64,000 nt of DNA. It comes from Octopus sinensis. Taxonomy: Eukaryota. Below are positions 40,268 to 53,549 of this stretch, in pieces. The notes below the pieces were generated by a model. That model did not search any database and was not told the DNA's origin. It saw nothing but the letters and a program-made list of their open reading frames with translations. The stretch is taken from assembly GCF_006345805.1 (NCBI RefSeq), contig NC_042998.1:85498001-85562000 (forward strand), written 5' to 3'. A program made the position numbers and the translations under genes. Each line of letters opens with the position of its first letter. Position 1 is the stretch's first letter.

Positions 40268-42360
40268 TGTACACACACACACGCACGCATGTATGCATGC
40301 ACACACACACACACTTATAAATTTGTAAACAAACCCAACGGCTGTAAATTACAGAGAAGTGTGACATGCATAGGTCCATTTTAATATCTATAATTATATA
40401 TTATTTGCAATAATATATGCTCCATTTAAAGCAACTAAACCTAAACAATGGAAAACAATGGGCTGAATCACTGGGAATTGAACACATCAATGCTTACATA
40501 GCTCCCTATGCACCCAATTCACCCACACATCAATTTCAGCCAATTTCAATGTATAGATAATTTTAGTCTAGAATATATATTTATAAATTTGTAAACAAAC
40601 CCGAAGGCTGTAAATTACAGAGAAGTGAATTAGGTGCATATGGAGCTCTATAAGCATTGATGTTGTGCTCAGTTTTAGTCACTTTAAATGGAGCATATAT
40701 TATTATATAAATATTATATAATTATAGTTATATACACAATGGGCTTGTTTTAGTTTCTCTCTACCGGATCTACTCACAAGGTTTTAATTCAGTCCTGGGT
40801 TATAGTAGAAGACACTTACCTAAGTTACTACATTGAGGGACTGAACCCAAAACCACATGGTTAGAAAGTAAAACAGATCCTGTATGATGATAAGTCAAAA
40901 GCCAATGTAAGTTACTAGCAGAAGCTTAAAGAACAATGTATGTTGCTAATGCAATTGTTTCAAACAAAATAGGCACAATAGGTGGCAATAATCGATCACA
41001 TCAACCCTAGTATTTGAGAGTTGGCAAAAGGAACAGCATCCTGTCATAAAAAACACTTTGTCCATGAACTCAGATCTTTGTAAGCATGGAAAAGTGAATG
41101 CCAAAACAATGATGATGAATTCAAATAAAATTTTCATTTAATAGAACAGTAAGTGGAAATTTTCAAGATAAGATGCTTCTTTTTATTATTTTGCTTGTTT
41201 TAGTCATTTCACTGCAGCCATGCTGGGGCAGCATCTTCAAAGATTTAGTCAATCAAATATATATATCGAGAGAGAGAGAGAGGTGTATAGGTATGTATAT
41301 ATAAATGATGGGCTTTCAGATAGTTTCTATTTAGCAAATTCACACAGCGTTGGTTGGCCCAGGACTATAAGAAAAGTCATTTACTCAAGGCACTGCAGGA
41401 TGGGACTGAACCTGAAACCACATGGTTTGCAGGACTAATGTTTTAACCACACAGCCATATCTGCCACCATAAATAATTGAGTTTTCTGTTTACTTTTATT
41501 TTTATGTTCCATCTTCTCATTTTTCTTCGTTTTTTTTCTTACATTCTTCACCTGTTATACAAACATGGGCTTAATGGATTGGATTATTTTAATATTTGCT
41601 AATTTGCTTGGATTGTTGATGAAAGTCCTGCAGTTATTTCATCTACGTCTCATTGGTGATCATTAAGGGGAAAATAAACAAGGAAAATACATAAAATAGT
41701 TTCATTCTTGTAACTCTTTATTTCAGTTTTGCTCCTTTTTTTTTTTACTCTTCTCTATTGAAGGCATTGGCTCTGTGGTTACAGAAGTTTGCTCCACAAC
41801 CATGTGCTTTCAGGTTCAATCCTCTCTGCCATGTATCTTAGGTGATTATCTTCAACTTCTACTGTAGTCTCAGTCTGACCAATGTGAGTAGATTTGATAG
41901 ACAGAAACTGAATGGAAACCTGTTGTACGTGCATGTATGTGTGTGTGTATGTACACACACACACACATGGAGGCATAACTGTGTGGTAAGAAGTTTATTT
42001 CCTAACCACATGGCGCCATTACATGGCACTTCGGGCAAGTGCCTTCTAGTATAGCCTCGGGCTAACCAAAGTGGATTTGGTAAACAGAAACTGAAAGAAG
42101 CCCATCATATATATAATTATATGTTTGTTCTCCCCACTTACCACTTGACGACTGGTGTTGGTATGTTTACATCCTTTGGCAAAAGAGACTGACAGAATAA
42201 GTACCAAGCTTAAAAAAAAAAGTATCAAGGTTCATTCATTTGGTTAAAACCCTTGAAGGCACTGCCCTAGCATGGCTGCTGTCCAATGACTGAAACAATA
42301 AAAAATAAAAGGATAAAATATATATCTATATTTATATGTGTATGTGCGTGTGTATGTATG

Positions 42361-42466
<106 letters not shown>

Positions 42467-43078
42467 ATCCATCCCATGCTAGCATGAAAAACAGATGTTA
42501 AATAATGGTGATATATATAGCTAGAACTGTAAAAGAGCACACAGCAAGCTGCTAAACATAGGAGGTGGGGGAAACCCAGTTGGAAACAGTGCAAGTTTTT
42601 GAGATGGTCATTGTGGCCAAATGATAAGATCTCCCAAAAATTCTAAATTCAATCTCCACCACAGGTGGCATTTAAATAACAGCAGGAGGACACCTAGGAG
42701 TCACTACCTTAACTTGGCCCAGGAACAAATGGAGCTGAAACACTCGTTTGACAGTTCTTCCTCTGAAGATTTCTCTTGCTGTCCACGAACCCCATAGCAA
42801 GTTTTCACCTACTATATGCTGCATTATATATGAGGGAGTACTGATAAGTTCCTAGCTTTGGGTAAAAGAAAATACAGGAGGGTCAGTTAATTATGATTTT
42901 ATTCATCATATTCCCCTCTCTAGTTCATATACTTCTTGCAGTAGTTCTTCAGTTTTTCTAAGCACTGTAAAAGAACTTGGAAGTTTGGGCCTCCAATCAG
43001 GCCTTTTGCAATACCTTTAAAGCCAGGAACTTTTCAGCACCCCTTGTATATGTGTTGTATTATATAGTGACTCTGATA

Positions 43079-43289
43079 AGGCAGTAAGCTGGCAGAAACA
43101 ATGGCACACAGCAAAATGCTTTGTAGTATTTCATCTGTCTTTACATTCTGAGTTCAAATTCTGCCAAGGTCGACTTTGCCTTTCTTCCTTTCAGGGTCAA
43201 TAAATTAAGTACCAGTTGCATACTAGAGTTGATCTAATTGACTGGCTCCTTCCCCAAAAATTTTGGACTATGTGCCTAGAGTAGAAAAG
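43079..43289 (+). mobile_element. Family-C SINE with a perfect 18-bp TSD
   Basis: tatatagtgactctgata at 43061-43078 and 43290-43307. A 27-bp tandem duplication follows at 43340-43393. Confidence 0.85.
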
Positions 43290-44084
43290 TATATAGTGAC
43301 TCTGATAGTTGAAGTAGCTGTTGTGCCAAATTTTAAATATAAATATATGTATGTTCCTTCTGAACATAAATATATGTATGTTCCTTCTGAACACCATCTG
43401 AGTAAAATAAGTTAGGGTTGACAACAGGAACAGCATCCAGCTGTAAAAAACCTGCTTCAGTAATTTTCATGTTGCATGAACCAGCTTAACAAAGCAGACA
43501 TTATAACAATGACAATGGGGATGGCAGTGATGACTGTGATGATCATGAACATTATGATCATCATCATTTTCATAACAGAAATAAAGAGCCATACTAATAA
43601 GTCAGTCATACTATCTATTCTATGAACTTATTTATATAAATATATTGTTTTATCATTTTTTTAGCAATATAGAATAGTAGATTTAGTGACAATCATATGT
43701 AGATATTTATTTATTAATAATCTGTCATTTGAAATTATTTTATTTATTCGCTATTTGTGAATTCATGTCATTGAAAACCAGGTTTTGGGATTTGCCTATG
43801 TCAGATTCTGGGCAATAATATATGTATATACATGCATACATTAGTGCGTAACTCCCACCTAGTCACTTACACATACTCACACTTAGGTTTAAATTAATTA
43901 CAATTAGATTGCATGTGATAAAGTTGTATTTGGGTGGGGTGGCAGAATATGATGAAATAAAAAAATGAATAAATGCATTATATTTTGTACTTACTACCCT
44001 CTCAGCTGTAAGACCAAATTTTTCTCCTTCAGACAGCTGCAACCAAGATGTATTTCACAATGCCACACCAGGAATATCTGTTTC

Positions 44085-44405
44085 CCATTAGTTTTGGTTA
44101 GTCCTCAATTTCATATTGAGTGCAACTGTGTTGAGAGAAAAGTTAGGCACAAGAAGGATTAAATGTGGTATGCAGGAGAGGAGACTGCATTGGTTTGGAC
44201 ATGTGATGCATATGAGTGAAAACAGCTGTATGCAGAAGTACCTGTCACTGAAAGTGGATAGTACCTGTGAAGGAGGGGGATCCAGGAGGACATGGGATGA
44301 AGTGGTGAGGACTGATCTTCGGGTGATGGGGCTCACAGAGGAAATGACAGTAGACCAAGATGTTTGGCAATATAAGGTCCTTGGGAAGTTCCATCCACAA
44401 AACTG
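44085..44405 (+). mobile_element. Old RTE ORF2 C-terminal fragment
   Basis: LREKLGTRRIKCGMQERRLHWFGHVMHM...CEGGGSRRTWDEVVRTDLRVMGLTEEM. Confidence 0.85.
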
Positions 44406-44716
44406 AGTGCTAGAAGAGTTGTGTCCCACTCACATGTAACAACACACACTTCACTCACTCTACCCTCAGAAATCAAACTACAACTTCTCTTCTGATTGCA
44501 TCTTTCTCTTCCTCACATTTCCTCTTCATACATTATGATTGTTTTCCAATCTCCTTTCTTGCCTTCACTGCTGTGCTCACTGTATCACTGCTCCCCACAC
44601 CCACTCCCTATTTTTCTAACCAGGATCTACGCTCATATTCTTGATACTTGTGAGTATACCCTAGCACTACACCATCTCTCTTCTGTTCTCTCTTAAACTT
44701 TTGCTGTTTCCTACTC

Positions 44717-44815
<99 letters not shown>

Positions 44816-46084
44816 TTTTGGTTGCTCTCGTTCCCTTTGATCACTCTCTCTCCCTTTGGTCACTCTCACTCTCTCTTTACCTTTGGTCACTCTCTTGTTT
44901 TTCCTCTAACTAGGTAACTAAGTATCACCTTTACATGAGCACACTTGTTTCTGGCTTCATTCTGTACCTCTCTCTCATTCTCTATCTCTTCTCTTTCTCT
45001 CACAGGGTAACCACATGCCTCCTATATAGTAAGACACCTATTTCTCTGATATACTCTAACCTTTCATCATTTGATACTGGATCACTTCCTCTAATGCCCC
45101 CTCTGTAGTGGCAAGATACCTGCTTCTGTCTCTCTGTCTCTTTGTCACACTGACTTTCATCCTCTGACACAAATGCCCTGCCCCTCTTATAATTCCTTAT
45201 CTTGTGAGTTACTTGGTTACCCTGCTAGTGCCGGTGCCACATTAAAAGCATCCAGTCCACAATGAAATGTGGTTGCCTGTGCTTGTGCCACATAAAAAGC
45301 ACTGAGTCCACTCTGTGGAGTAGTTGATGTTAGGAAGGGCATCCAGCTGCAAAACCCCTGCCAAAACAGACACAGTAGCCTTGGGTAGATTTTCTACCTG
45401 GCCAGCTCCTGTCAAACGTCCTACCCATGCATGCATGGAAGATGGACGTTAAATGATGATGATGATGCTAAGTATCTCTGCCAGTAACATCAATGTAACT
45501 GAGTGATCTTCATCCTCTGTTAGTGTTTGGAAGTTTCTAAAATATAACATCTGTCATTAAAATCCAAATACTGTTGTGGTTTACTTTACTGTAGATCTCT
45601 AGGTTTTGGTAAAATAATATAGGGCTATATACTTTCATAACTAATAAATGATTAACTTTTATAGCTAATTAATATATGACTGACAAAAGAACAGGAGTTG
45701 TGTAATCACTAAAACTGTGAACTGTTAGTACACTGAGTTCTAATAACTGGCTTCTGGAACCGCTCTAAGTGGAATCATGAAATACCTATACAACTAATGA
45801 AAATATATTGAAATTACAGTTTGAAACAAGCACACAAAACTGCAAATGATACAAAGAATTATTTTGTACCAGAGAAAAGAATATCCTGACTTCAATGAGA
45901 TTAGATATATTTTCATAGCAGGTTTTGAGAATGTATTGACTCAGTTTTCTTACTTTTTATTTCACAAATTGGCTTTAAATAGGGAGTAAACTACAAATAG
46001 TATAAAACTTGAAATAGTGCTCCTGGTTTTAGCATTATATGAAATTTAAAGGTTCCCCGAAACCTCTGGCTCACACAAATGCTG

Positions 46085-46330
46085 TCTCTTTTCTCTGCTT
46101 TTTCTATCACTACCATAATGGTCTTGCTCCTTAGAGCTGGCAGGGCTCATGCCACTCCCACTCAGGCATTCTTGACCTACTCATCACTTCTCTCATCTCC
46201 CACAAGCCTTGCACTTGTCTCTAAACCCTGTCCCCACTTTCCAGAACATCAGCCTACTGGAATTCACTCTATTTATGCCTTTCCTGTAGATGTTGACTTG
46301 CAAAAGGCCAAGAGAAACATTGTCATAAAC
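46085..46330 (+). mobile_element. CR1/L2-group LINE ORF2 C-terminal relic
   Basis: Across frameshifts reads LFYHYHNGLAP.ELAGLMPLP...WNSL..AFPVDVDLQK.KRNI. Confidence 0.55.
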
Positions 46331-47489
46331 TTCACTGGTCTAGAGGGCTTTAGAAAGCCAGGGACACTATCCATTCCTCTAGACCCAGTAATTGAAAGTC
46401 TCCCATTCTCATTTATTTTTCTTAATCACAATTGTCCCAAAAGACTAAAGGCAATAAATATTCTACCTACTTACACAAATAAGTCATTCAATACAACAGT
46501 GTACAATCAATAAAAATAAAATTAAAAAATATACAAGAATAATTTCTTTATTGATGATTACTATGACTTAAGACAAAGCATTATTTTCAAAATAATGGAG
46601 AATACGTGTTGAAAATTCTACATACAGAAATTACATACAAAAATAAGAATAAAGTCAATTTATAAATTAAGGTTTCAAGACAAAATGTTTAAAGTTTTAC
46701 TACAGGTAATGAAAATAATTTTTAGAAATGACAATAATGAGCTTAAAATAATTTGAAAGTAGCAATAATATGATAGTAATTGCTGTAGCAGTACCATGTG
46801 ACTCTAATTTTGAGTGGAAGCAAACAGTAAAGATGAGGAATTAACACTGTCTTAGTTTTTGACAGCTTGGAATTTTGATTATCATTCAATTTGTAAATTG
46901 GTAGAACTGGAATGATACACAAGTACTTATAGGTCACCTGTAATTAGTGACTAAGCTGCATTCTACAAAAGAGACATACTAGGGTCTATAAATACTATTA
47001 ACCAATGCATAATTCATAAGATATAATTATTTTTGCATGCTGATAGAAAAGAAGGTTGTGAGGTATACTGTTACATGATTTTACTGGTCCTATATAACTG
47101 GCCATGTTTTCTCTCAAATCATAGACAAGAAAATGATGTAACACTGAAAAAGTTAAAGTTTATTGGGATAAGTAGGAGAGTCATCCACACAGTTTGTGTC
47201 AGAGAAGAACTGGAAAGGAAAATTAATATGATTTTATCCCCTCATTTCCACACACACACTATCAGGAATTTCCTACACAGCTTGAGGGAAAGAGAGTTGT
47301 TCCAGCACTAAGTTAGTACTTATTTCCAATTGAGTGAACTGAAGCAATGTGAAATAAAGTAATTTGTTCAGGGGCACAACAAACAAGCTGCCTGTTTTGG
47401 GATATGAATCCACAACATTATGATTGCAAGCCAAACAACTTAGCCACTAAGCCACATTGCCTTTACAGTGATATATATATATATATATA

Positions 47490-47800
47490 TTATCATCATC
47501 ATCATCACTTAACGCCCATTGTCCATGCTGGCATGGGTTGGACAGTTTAACCAGAGCTGGGGAGCTACACCAAACTGCACTCCGATCTGACATGGTTTCT
47601 ATGGCTTGATGCTCTTCCTAACAGCAACCACTTTACAGAGTGTGCTGGGTGCTTTTCTCATGGCACTGCATGGGTGCTTTTAAGTGGCACCACACAGGCA
47701 CTTTTACGTGGCACCACACGGGCACATTTACATGGCACCTCACAAGTGCTTTTACATGGCATCACAGGAGCACTTTTGTGTGGCACCGCATAGGCGCTTT
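47490..47800 (-). mobile_element. RTE tail copy with a ~24-bp minisatellite (about 6 units, 47660-47800)
   Basis: The unit tggcaccacac(a/g)ggcac(t/a)ttta.. is repeated; (cat)n lies at the left end. Confidence 0.7.
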
Positions 47801-48025
47801 ACACCACCAGAAGAATCAGTCTTAATACATGTAGATATGTATATGTATGTAGGTATATGTATGTATATACACACACACACACAAACACACAAATAGATAC
47901 ATATACACACGATTGTGTGTGTACATACATATTTGTATATATGTGTGTGTATATATATATATGTGTGTGTGTGTGTATATATATGTTTATGTGTGTGTGT
48001 GTATATATATATATGTGTGTGTGTG

Positions 48026-48064
<39 letters not shown>

Positions 48065-48154
48065 GTGTGTATGTGTGTGTGTATATATATATATATATGT
48101 ATGTCTGTGTATATATATATATATGTGTGTATATATATGTGTGTATGTGTAAGG

Positions 48155-50880
48155 ATATGCTACTTGAAGCCATTGACGAAGTATAAGGGGATAGAGTATC
48201 ACATGGGGTAGAAGGCAACTGGACGTTTCTAAGGGACAACCTGCTGAGAGCCACTGACCAGATCTGTGGCTGGTGCAAAGTCCCCTCTTGTCCCAAGGTA
48301 ACGTGGTGGTGGAACAGTGTTGTAGACAGGGCTATTAGAGAAAAGAGACAGACTTGGAAGGACTGGAAGAATGGTGGTAGCAGGGAATTGTATCAGACTG
48401 CCAAAAGGGGAGCTAGGAGACAGATCTATCTAGCCAGAAGGGAAGCAGATAAGAAACAATTTGCCAATGTTCTGCGCCGTGAGGACCAAAGACTGGAGGT
48501 GTTTCGTGTTGCTAGACACTGAGAGAGAATTGTGATGTGGTAGGAGAGAAGTGTGTTCGCATAGAAGATGGTTCACTTGCGCTAAATGAGGATGCAAAGA
48601 GAGAGGTTTGGAGACGCCACTATGAAAGGTTGCTGAATAAAAAAAATGAATGGGATACAGAGAGTCTGCCGAATGTTGACCCAACAGAGGGACCAGCTAT
48701 CCGAGTTGACAGTTCCTTGGTGGTTAAGGCAATTAGAAGCATGAAGACAGGGAAAGCCCCAGGCCCATCAGGAATCACTGCAGAGATGCTCAAAATATCT
48801 GGTAGTGTCGGCTATAGCCTAGTCACCCATATAGTTAATCAGGTGATACACAAAGGAGTCATACCCAATGACTGGTGTAGCAGCATAATAGGCAACTGCT
48901 ACAAAGGTATAGGTGATGCCCTAGATACAAATAATTACAGAGGTATCAAGCTGTTGGATCAGGTAATGAAGGTTACGGAGAGGGTCATAGCCCAACTAAT
49001 TAGAGAGAGAGTTAGTTGAGATGAGATGCAGTTTGGGTTCGTGCCAGGGAAAAGTACCACTGATGCTATATTCCTGGTATGGCAGCTGCGGGAGAAATAC
49101 CTAGCCAAAGATAAGCCCCTGTACCTGGCTTTTGTTGACATGGAGAAAGCCTTCGACAGGGTCCCCCGATCACTTATCTGGTGGTCAATGAGGAAACTAG
49201 GGATAGATGAATGGTTAGTGAGAGCTGTGCGAGCCATGTACAGGACGCTGCTAGTAAGGTGAGGGTTGGCAACGAGTACAGTGAAGAATTCCGGGTAGAG
49301 GTAGGGGTCCACCAAAGCTCAGTCCTCAGCCCCCTCCTATTTATCATAGTCCTCCAGGCAATAACGGAGGAATTCAAGACAGGATGCCCTTGGGAGCTCC
49401 TCTATGCTGATGACCTTGCTCTAATTGCTGAGTCACTATCAGAACTGGAGGAGAAGTTTCATGTGTGTAAGCAAGGATTAGAATCGAAGGGCCTTAGAGT
49501 CAATCTAGCTAAAACCAAAGTCCTAATAAGTAGGAAGGTAGACAAATCACAAATGCCTTCAGGTAGATGGCCCTGCTCGATCTGTAGAAAAGGTGTAAGT
49601 AGAAACTCTATAAGATGCACCAAGTGTAAGCTATGGATACATAAGAGGTGCGGCAATGTCAAAGGAAGGCTAACTAGGAAGATAGTTTTTGTATGTGGCA
49701 GATGCTCAGGAACAATAAACATTGAAAATGCTCTGAGACCAACTTCTGTCACTTTCCAGGGAGAAAAACTAGAAATAGTTGATAGCTTCCGTTACCTAGG
49801 TGACCAAGTCAGCAGCGGGGGCGGGTGTGCTGAAAGTGTAACTGCTAGAGTAAGAATAGCTTGGGCAAAGTTCAGAGAGCTCTTACCTCTGCTGGTGACA
49901 AAAGGCCTCTCACTCAGAGTAAAAGGCAGACTGTATGACGCGTGTGTACGAACAGCCATGCTACATGGCAGTGAAACATGGGCCGTGACTGCTGAGGATA
50001 TGCGTAAGCTCGCAAGAAATGAAGCCAGTATGCTCCGATGGATGTGTAATGTCAGTGTTCATACTCGACAGAGTGTAAGTACCTTGAGAGAAAAGCTGGA
50101 CCTAAGAAGCATCAGATGTGGTGTGCAAGAGAGACGTTTGCACTGGTATGGACATGTGGCGAGAATGAATGAAGATTGTTGTGTGAAAAAGTGCCACACC
50201 CTAGCAGTTGAGGGAACCTGTGGAAGAGGCAGACCCAGGAAAACCTGGGACGAGGTGGTGAAGCACGACCTTCGAACTTTAGGTCTCACTGAGGAAATGA
50301 CTAGAGACCGAGACCTCTGGAACTATGCTGTGTGTGAGAAGACCTGGCAGGACAAGTGAGACCATAACCCGTGGCCTCCTACACGGGATGTAGCCAGTCC
50401 ACTTATGCATACCTTCCCTTCTTGGAACACAAAACTCTACTTGTGAAGACCTGTTGAGGCAAGTGAGAATCAGAATCGAAATCGATCAATGGAAATTGCA
50501 GCTGATTTACCAGTGCCGGTGGCACGTAAGAGAACCATCCGAACGTGGTCGTTGCCAGCGCCGCCCCGACTGGCCTCGTGCCGGTGGCACGTAAAAAGCA
50601 CCATCTGTTCGTGGCCGTTGCCAGCCTCGCCTAGCCCCCGTGCCGGTGGCACATAAAAAACACCATCCGATCATGGCCGTTTGCCAGACTCGTCTGGCAC
50701 GTAAAAAGCACCACTACACTCATGGAGTGGTTGGCGTTAGGAAGGGCATCCAGCCGTAGAAACATTGCCAGATCAAACTGAGCCTGGTGCAGTCTTCTGG
50801 CTTCCCAGACCCCAGTTGAACCATCCAACCCATGCTAGCATGGAAAGCGGATGCTAAACGTTGATGATGATGATGATGAT
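48155..50880 (+). mobile_element. RTE-clade LINE, 5'-truncated, with few disablements (RT, PHD finger, 3'UTR, (GAT)n tail)
   Basis: Collinear with 26772-30293 from about 27255 onward. ORF pieces 48537..49019, 49026..49262 and 49211..50359. Confidence 0.95.
49211..50359 (+). pseudogene. Open 3' part of RTE ORF2 (RT YADD, PHD finger at 49574-49705, thumb, C-terminus)
   Basis: LLYADDLALIA; CSIC-x10-CTKC-x4-H-x2-C-x14-CGRC; FRYLGD; WYGHVARM; GRPRKTW. The upstream reading frame is broken by 1-bp indels. Confidence 0.9.
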
Positions 50881-50882
50881 AT

Positions 50883-51046
50883 ATATACTTTATTTAAAAG
50901 CAGCAGAAATATCACAAAAACTGTTACTCAGAGTTTTGTGTTCCTTTTCGTCGGAAAGTTTTGTTAACAAAACTCTCCGATGAACAGGAACGTGAAACTC
51001 TGAGTAACAGCTTTTGTTCTTTCTGCTGCTTTTAAATAAAGCATAT
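50883..51046. repeat. Loopless ~164-bp palindromic element with a hammerhead-like motif (50972-51005)
   Basis: Centre ttgtt|aacaa at 50965/50966; arms atatactttatttaaaagcagcagaaa... / ...tttctgctgcttttaaataaagcatat. Confidence 0.85.
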
Positions 51047-51125
51047 TACGCTACGTCTAGTATTTGTGTACTCTTTTTTTCCACCTTGTTTCACATTTAT
51101 GTGCTTACTCCAGTATATCTCTTAT

Positions 51126-51159
<34 letters not shown>

Positions 51160-51164
<5 letters not shown>

Positions 51165-52685
51165 TATTATAAAAGGCATATTTTATCTGCCTCCCTTTGT
51201 CTCTTATAGAAATCTACAATGTAGGATTTCTTCAATTACAATTTACCTGGCATTTTTAAGAGTAGAATAAATCGGGTCGTGCCAGGTCCGGTTTTTAAAA
51301 TTTCAACCCCAATTAAGCAAAATTTAGAGAAAACTCACATTGTGGTGTGTAAGTCAAGTGCTTTTCTTAGTGTGGGCTATAGCACACGCACACACACACA
51401 CACACAAAGGGAGCGATCTCCTTCACTCACGCTATCACTCTAATTTTTACTCCTTTCTCTTTGCAAGTGTGCAACGATTAAAGTGAAACTATTTCTATAA
51501 AACGAGAGAAGTGTACCTTAAGCCACTACTAAAAAAAAAACACAGCAAACAGAAACAAATAAATACATAACGATTTACTCCTCACACAATTTCTTCAATT
51601 AGAGTTTACCCATGATTTTTCAAAGTACTTCCATTGGGTCATGCCATACAAAATTTCTTTCAATTTTACCCCCAATTAAGACTAAATTCGAGAAAACTCA
51701 ATATTTTAACATTTCACTCCGAAAGCATTGATGTACATGTGTGTGTGTGTGTGTCATTCCTCACACACATGCATACACATACATATATGACAGTGACAAA
51801 CACAAACGTTTCAAACAACTACATACAAACACGTGTGTGTTTGTTATTAGTAAAAAAGGCGCCAAACACAACTCACTTTTCATTCCAACACATTTGCAAA
51901 GACACACGGACGGTCGAATTGCTATAACAATACAGAAAAGGTAAATTGGTTTTTAATTTACTTTCTGTCGTTAAATTTTGGTAGTATTAATTGGCGAGCC
52001 GAGCTTCTTTCAGTATATATTTATACATACATAAATATATACACATATTCTGTATATATTTTATTATATAATATTATATATAGATATATGTATATATAAT
52101 TGCAGTATGAAACAGTGTTTATGTATAAACAGACGACACTTATATATAGTTATTAATAAATGTATGCATCCGTTTAAAAGAAAAACCAAAAAATATTTTA
52201 TTCTTTATAAATGTTGTGTTCAAAATAACATTTTCTTTTAAGAATGTGTATATAACAAAGTATGTGTATATAACTACGTGGCTTATATCTTTATATATAA
52301 AAGTGAAGTTGTGTGTCTGTCTCCTACGATTTAGATTCCTAACTACTTCCACATTTTGCAGTGCAGTTTAACCAAAACCGGGTATCTTACAGTCGTGATT
52401 CATATCGAGCCCTTCTGGGTATTAGCGCACGTCTACGATGAGTCTACAATTTAAAAAAAATTTACCATCATATTTTTCCATTTTAATGCATTTTTTCGCT
52501 ATTATATAAGGGAAGTAACTCTCTAAAAATATCTACGATGTGTCAACGATTTAAAAAAAAAATTTACCTTAATTTTTTTTCCATTTTTAATGCATTTTTT
52601 TGCTATTTTTTTGCTATAACTCTCTAAAAATGCTTATATAGTTATTTCCCTTACAAACCCGAGCAACGCCGGGCGATACTGCTAG
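51160..52685 (+). mobile_element. Non-autonomous Helitron, apparently composite (second 5'-TC-type start at 52288)
   Basis: 5' a|TCtcttattataaaagg; 3' hairpin cccg-agcaacgc-cggg followed by gatactgCTAG|t. Internal ~100-bp subterminal repeats at 52435-52625. Confidence 0.75.
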
Positions 52686-53328
52686 TATATATATATATAC
52701 ATACATATCATGAGTTAAGGAATGGTATAGGTAATAACTGGGCTACATATGCTTCGTAGCGAGTGGAAGTGGTATATATCCAAGCACGGTTTATGCCACA
52801 GGCTAACAGTATCTTGATTAAATGAAGTTTACGTTGTCCCAAGGAGGTACCTGTCAACACACAGATGATTTGATCAGAATGTGTAGAGAGCACAGTTATA
52901 TCAATTGACTGAGTCATTAGAGCTTTGAATAGATTACTATGCATTACTGATTCCAGCTCTTTGTGCCTTGAGTTCAAATTCTGCTGTGGTCAACTTTGTT
53001 TTTCACTTTTCCGGGTTAATAAATAAAGTACACATCATGTACTTGGATCAGTTTTTCTCTTATCTTCTTTGAGCTTGGCATATGTTTCACATTGTAATCC
53101 ATTGACTTTTTACATTTGTATACAATCATTCTTTCCCCACTATCTATATTAATACACTTGTATAAGATAGCTTTTCTATAGATTGATAATATTAAGAGTT
53201 GATTGTTCAGGTTTTTGTCTAATTCATATAGATTATCCTCTTTATCTGTGAATGTGACAATTCTATTGGATTTCTTAATATTCTTTGTATCTGAGTGTGT
53301 ATTAAGTAGCAAACCCATTTCATTTTAA

Positions 53329-53549
53329 CCCTTTAGTGTTCACATTATTCTACCATAATTAATGCTTTTTTATCCGCATTGTTTTGAACTAATCACGCAT
53401 TATCTTGTAGCTATGAGATTTTGATGAGGTAGCTGCTAATTTTTAAAACGATATTGTAGGGTTGGTATGAGAGACTAGATCTGGCCAGTTTGAACATAAA
53501 ACAGGCAGAATACTTTTGGCCGGATATGGCCAGTTTAAATGCTAAAGGG
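53329..53549. mobile_element. piggyBac-type MITE
   Basis: TTAA|ccctttag ... ctaaaggg|TTAA. Confidence 0.85.

Noticed and set aside
46079-46513. 144-aa ORF with a signal-peptide-like start
   Set aside because: Other frames show CR1/L2-type LINE C-terminal motifs, so the ORF is probably incidental.
47752-48296. Many overlapping YI/CV/HT-repeat ORFs (also at 12.8, 21.9, 25.0, 57.6, 58.9 and 61.3 kb)
   Set aside because: Translations of (TA)n/(TG)n microsatellites.
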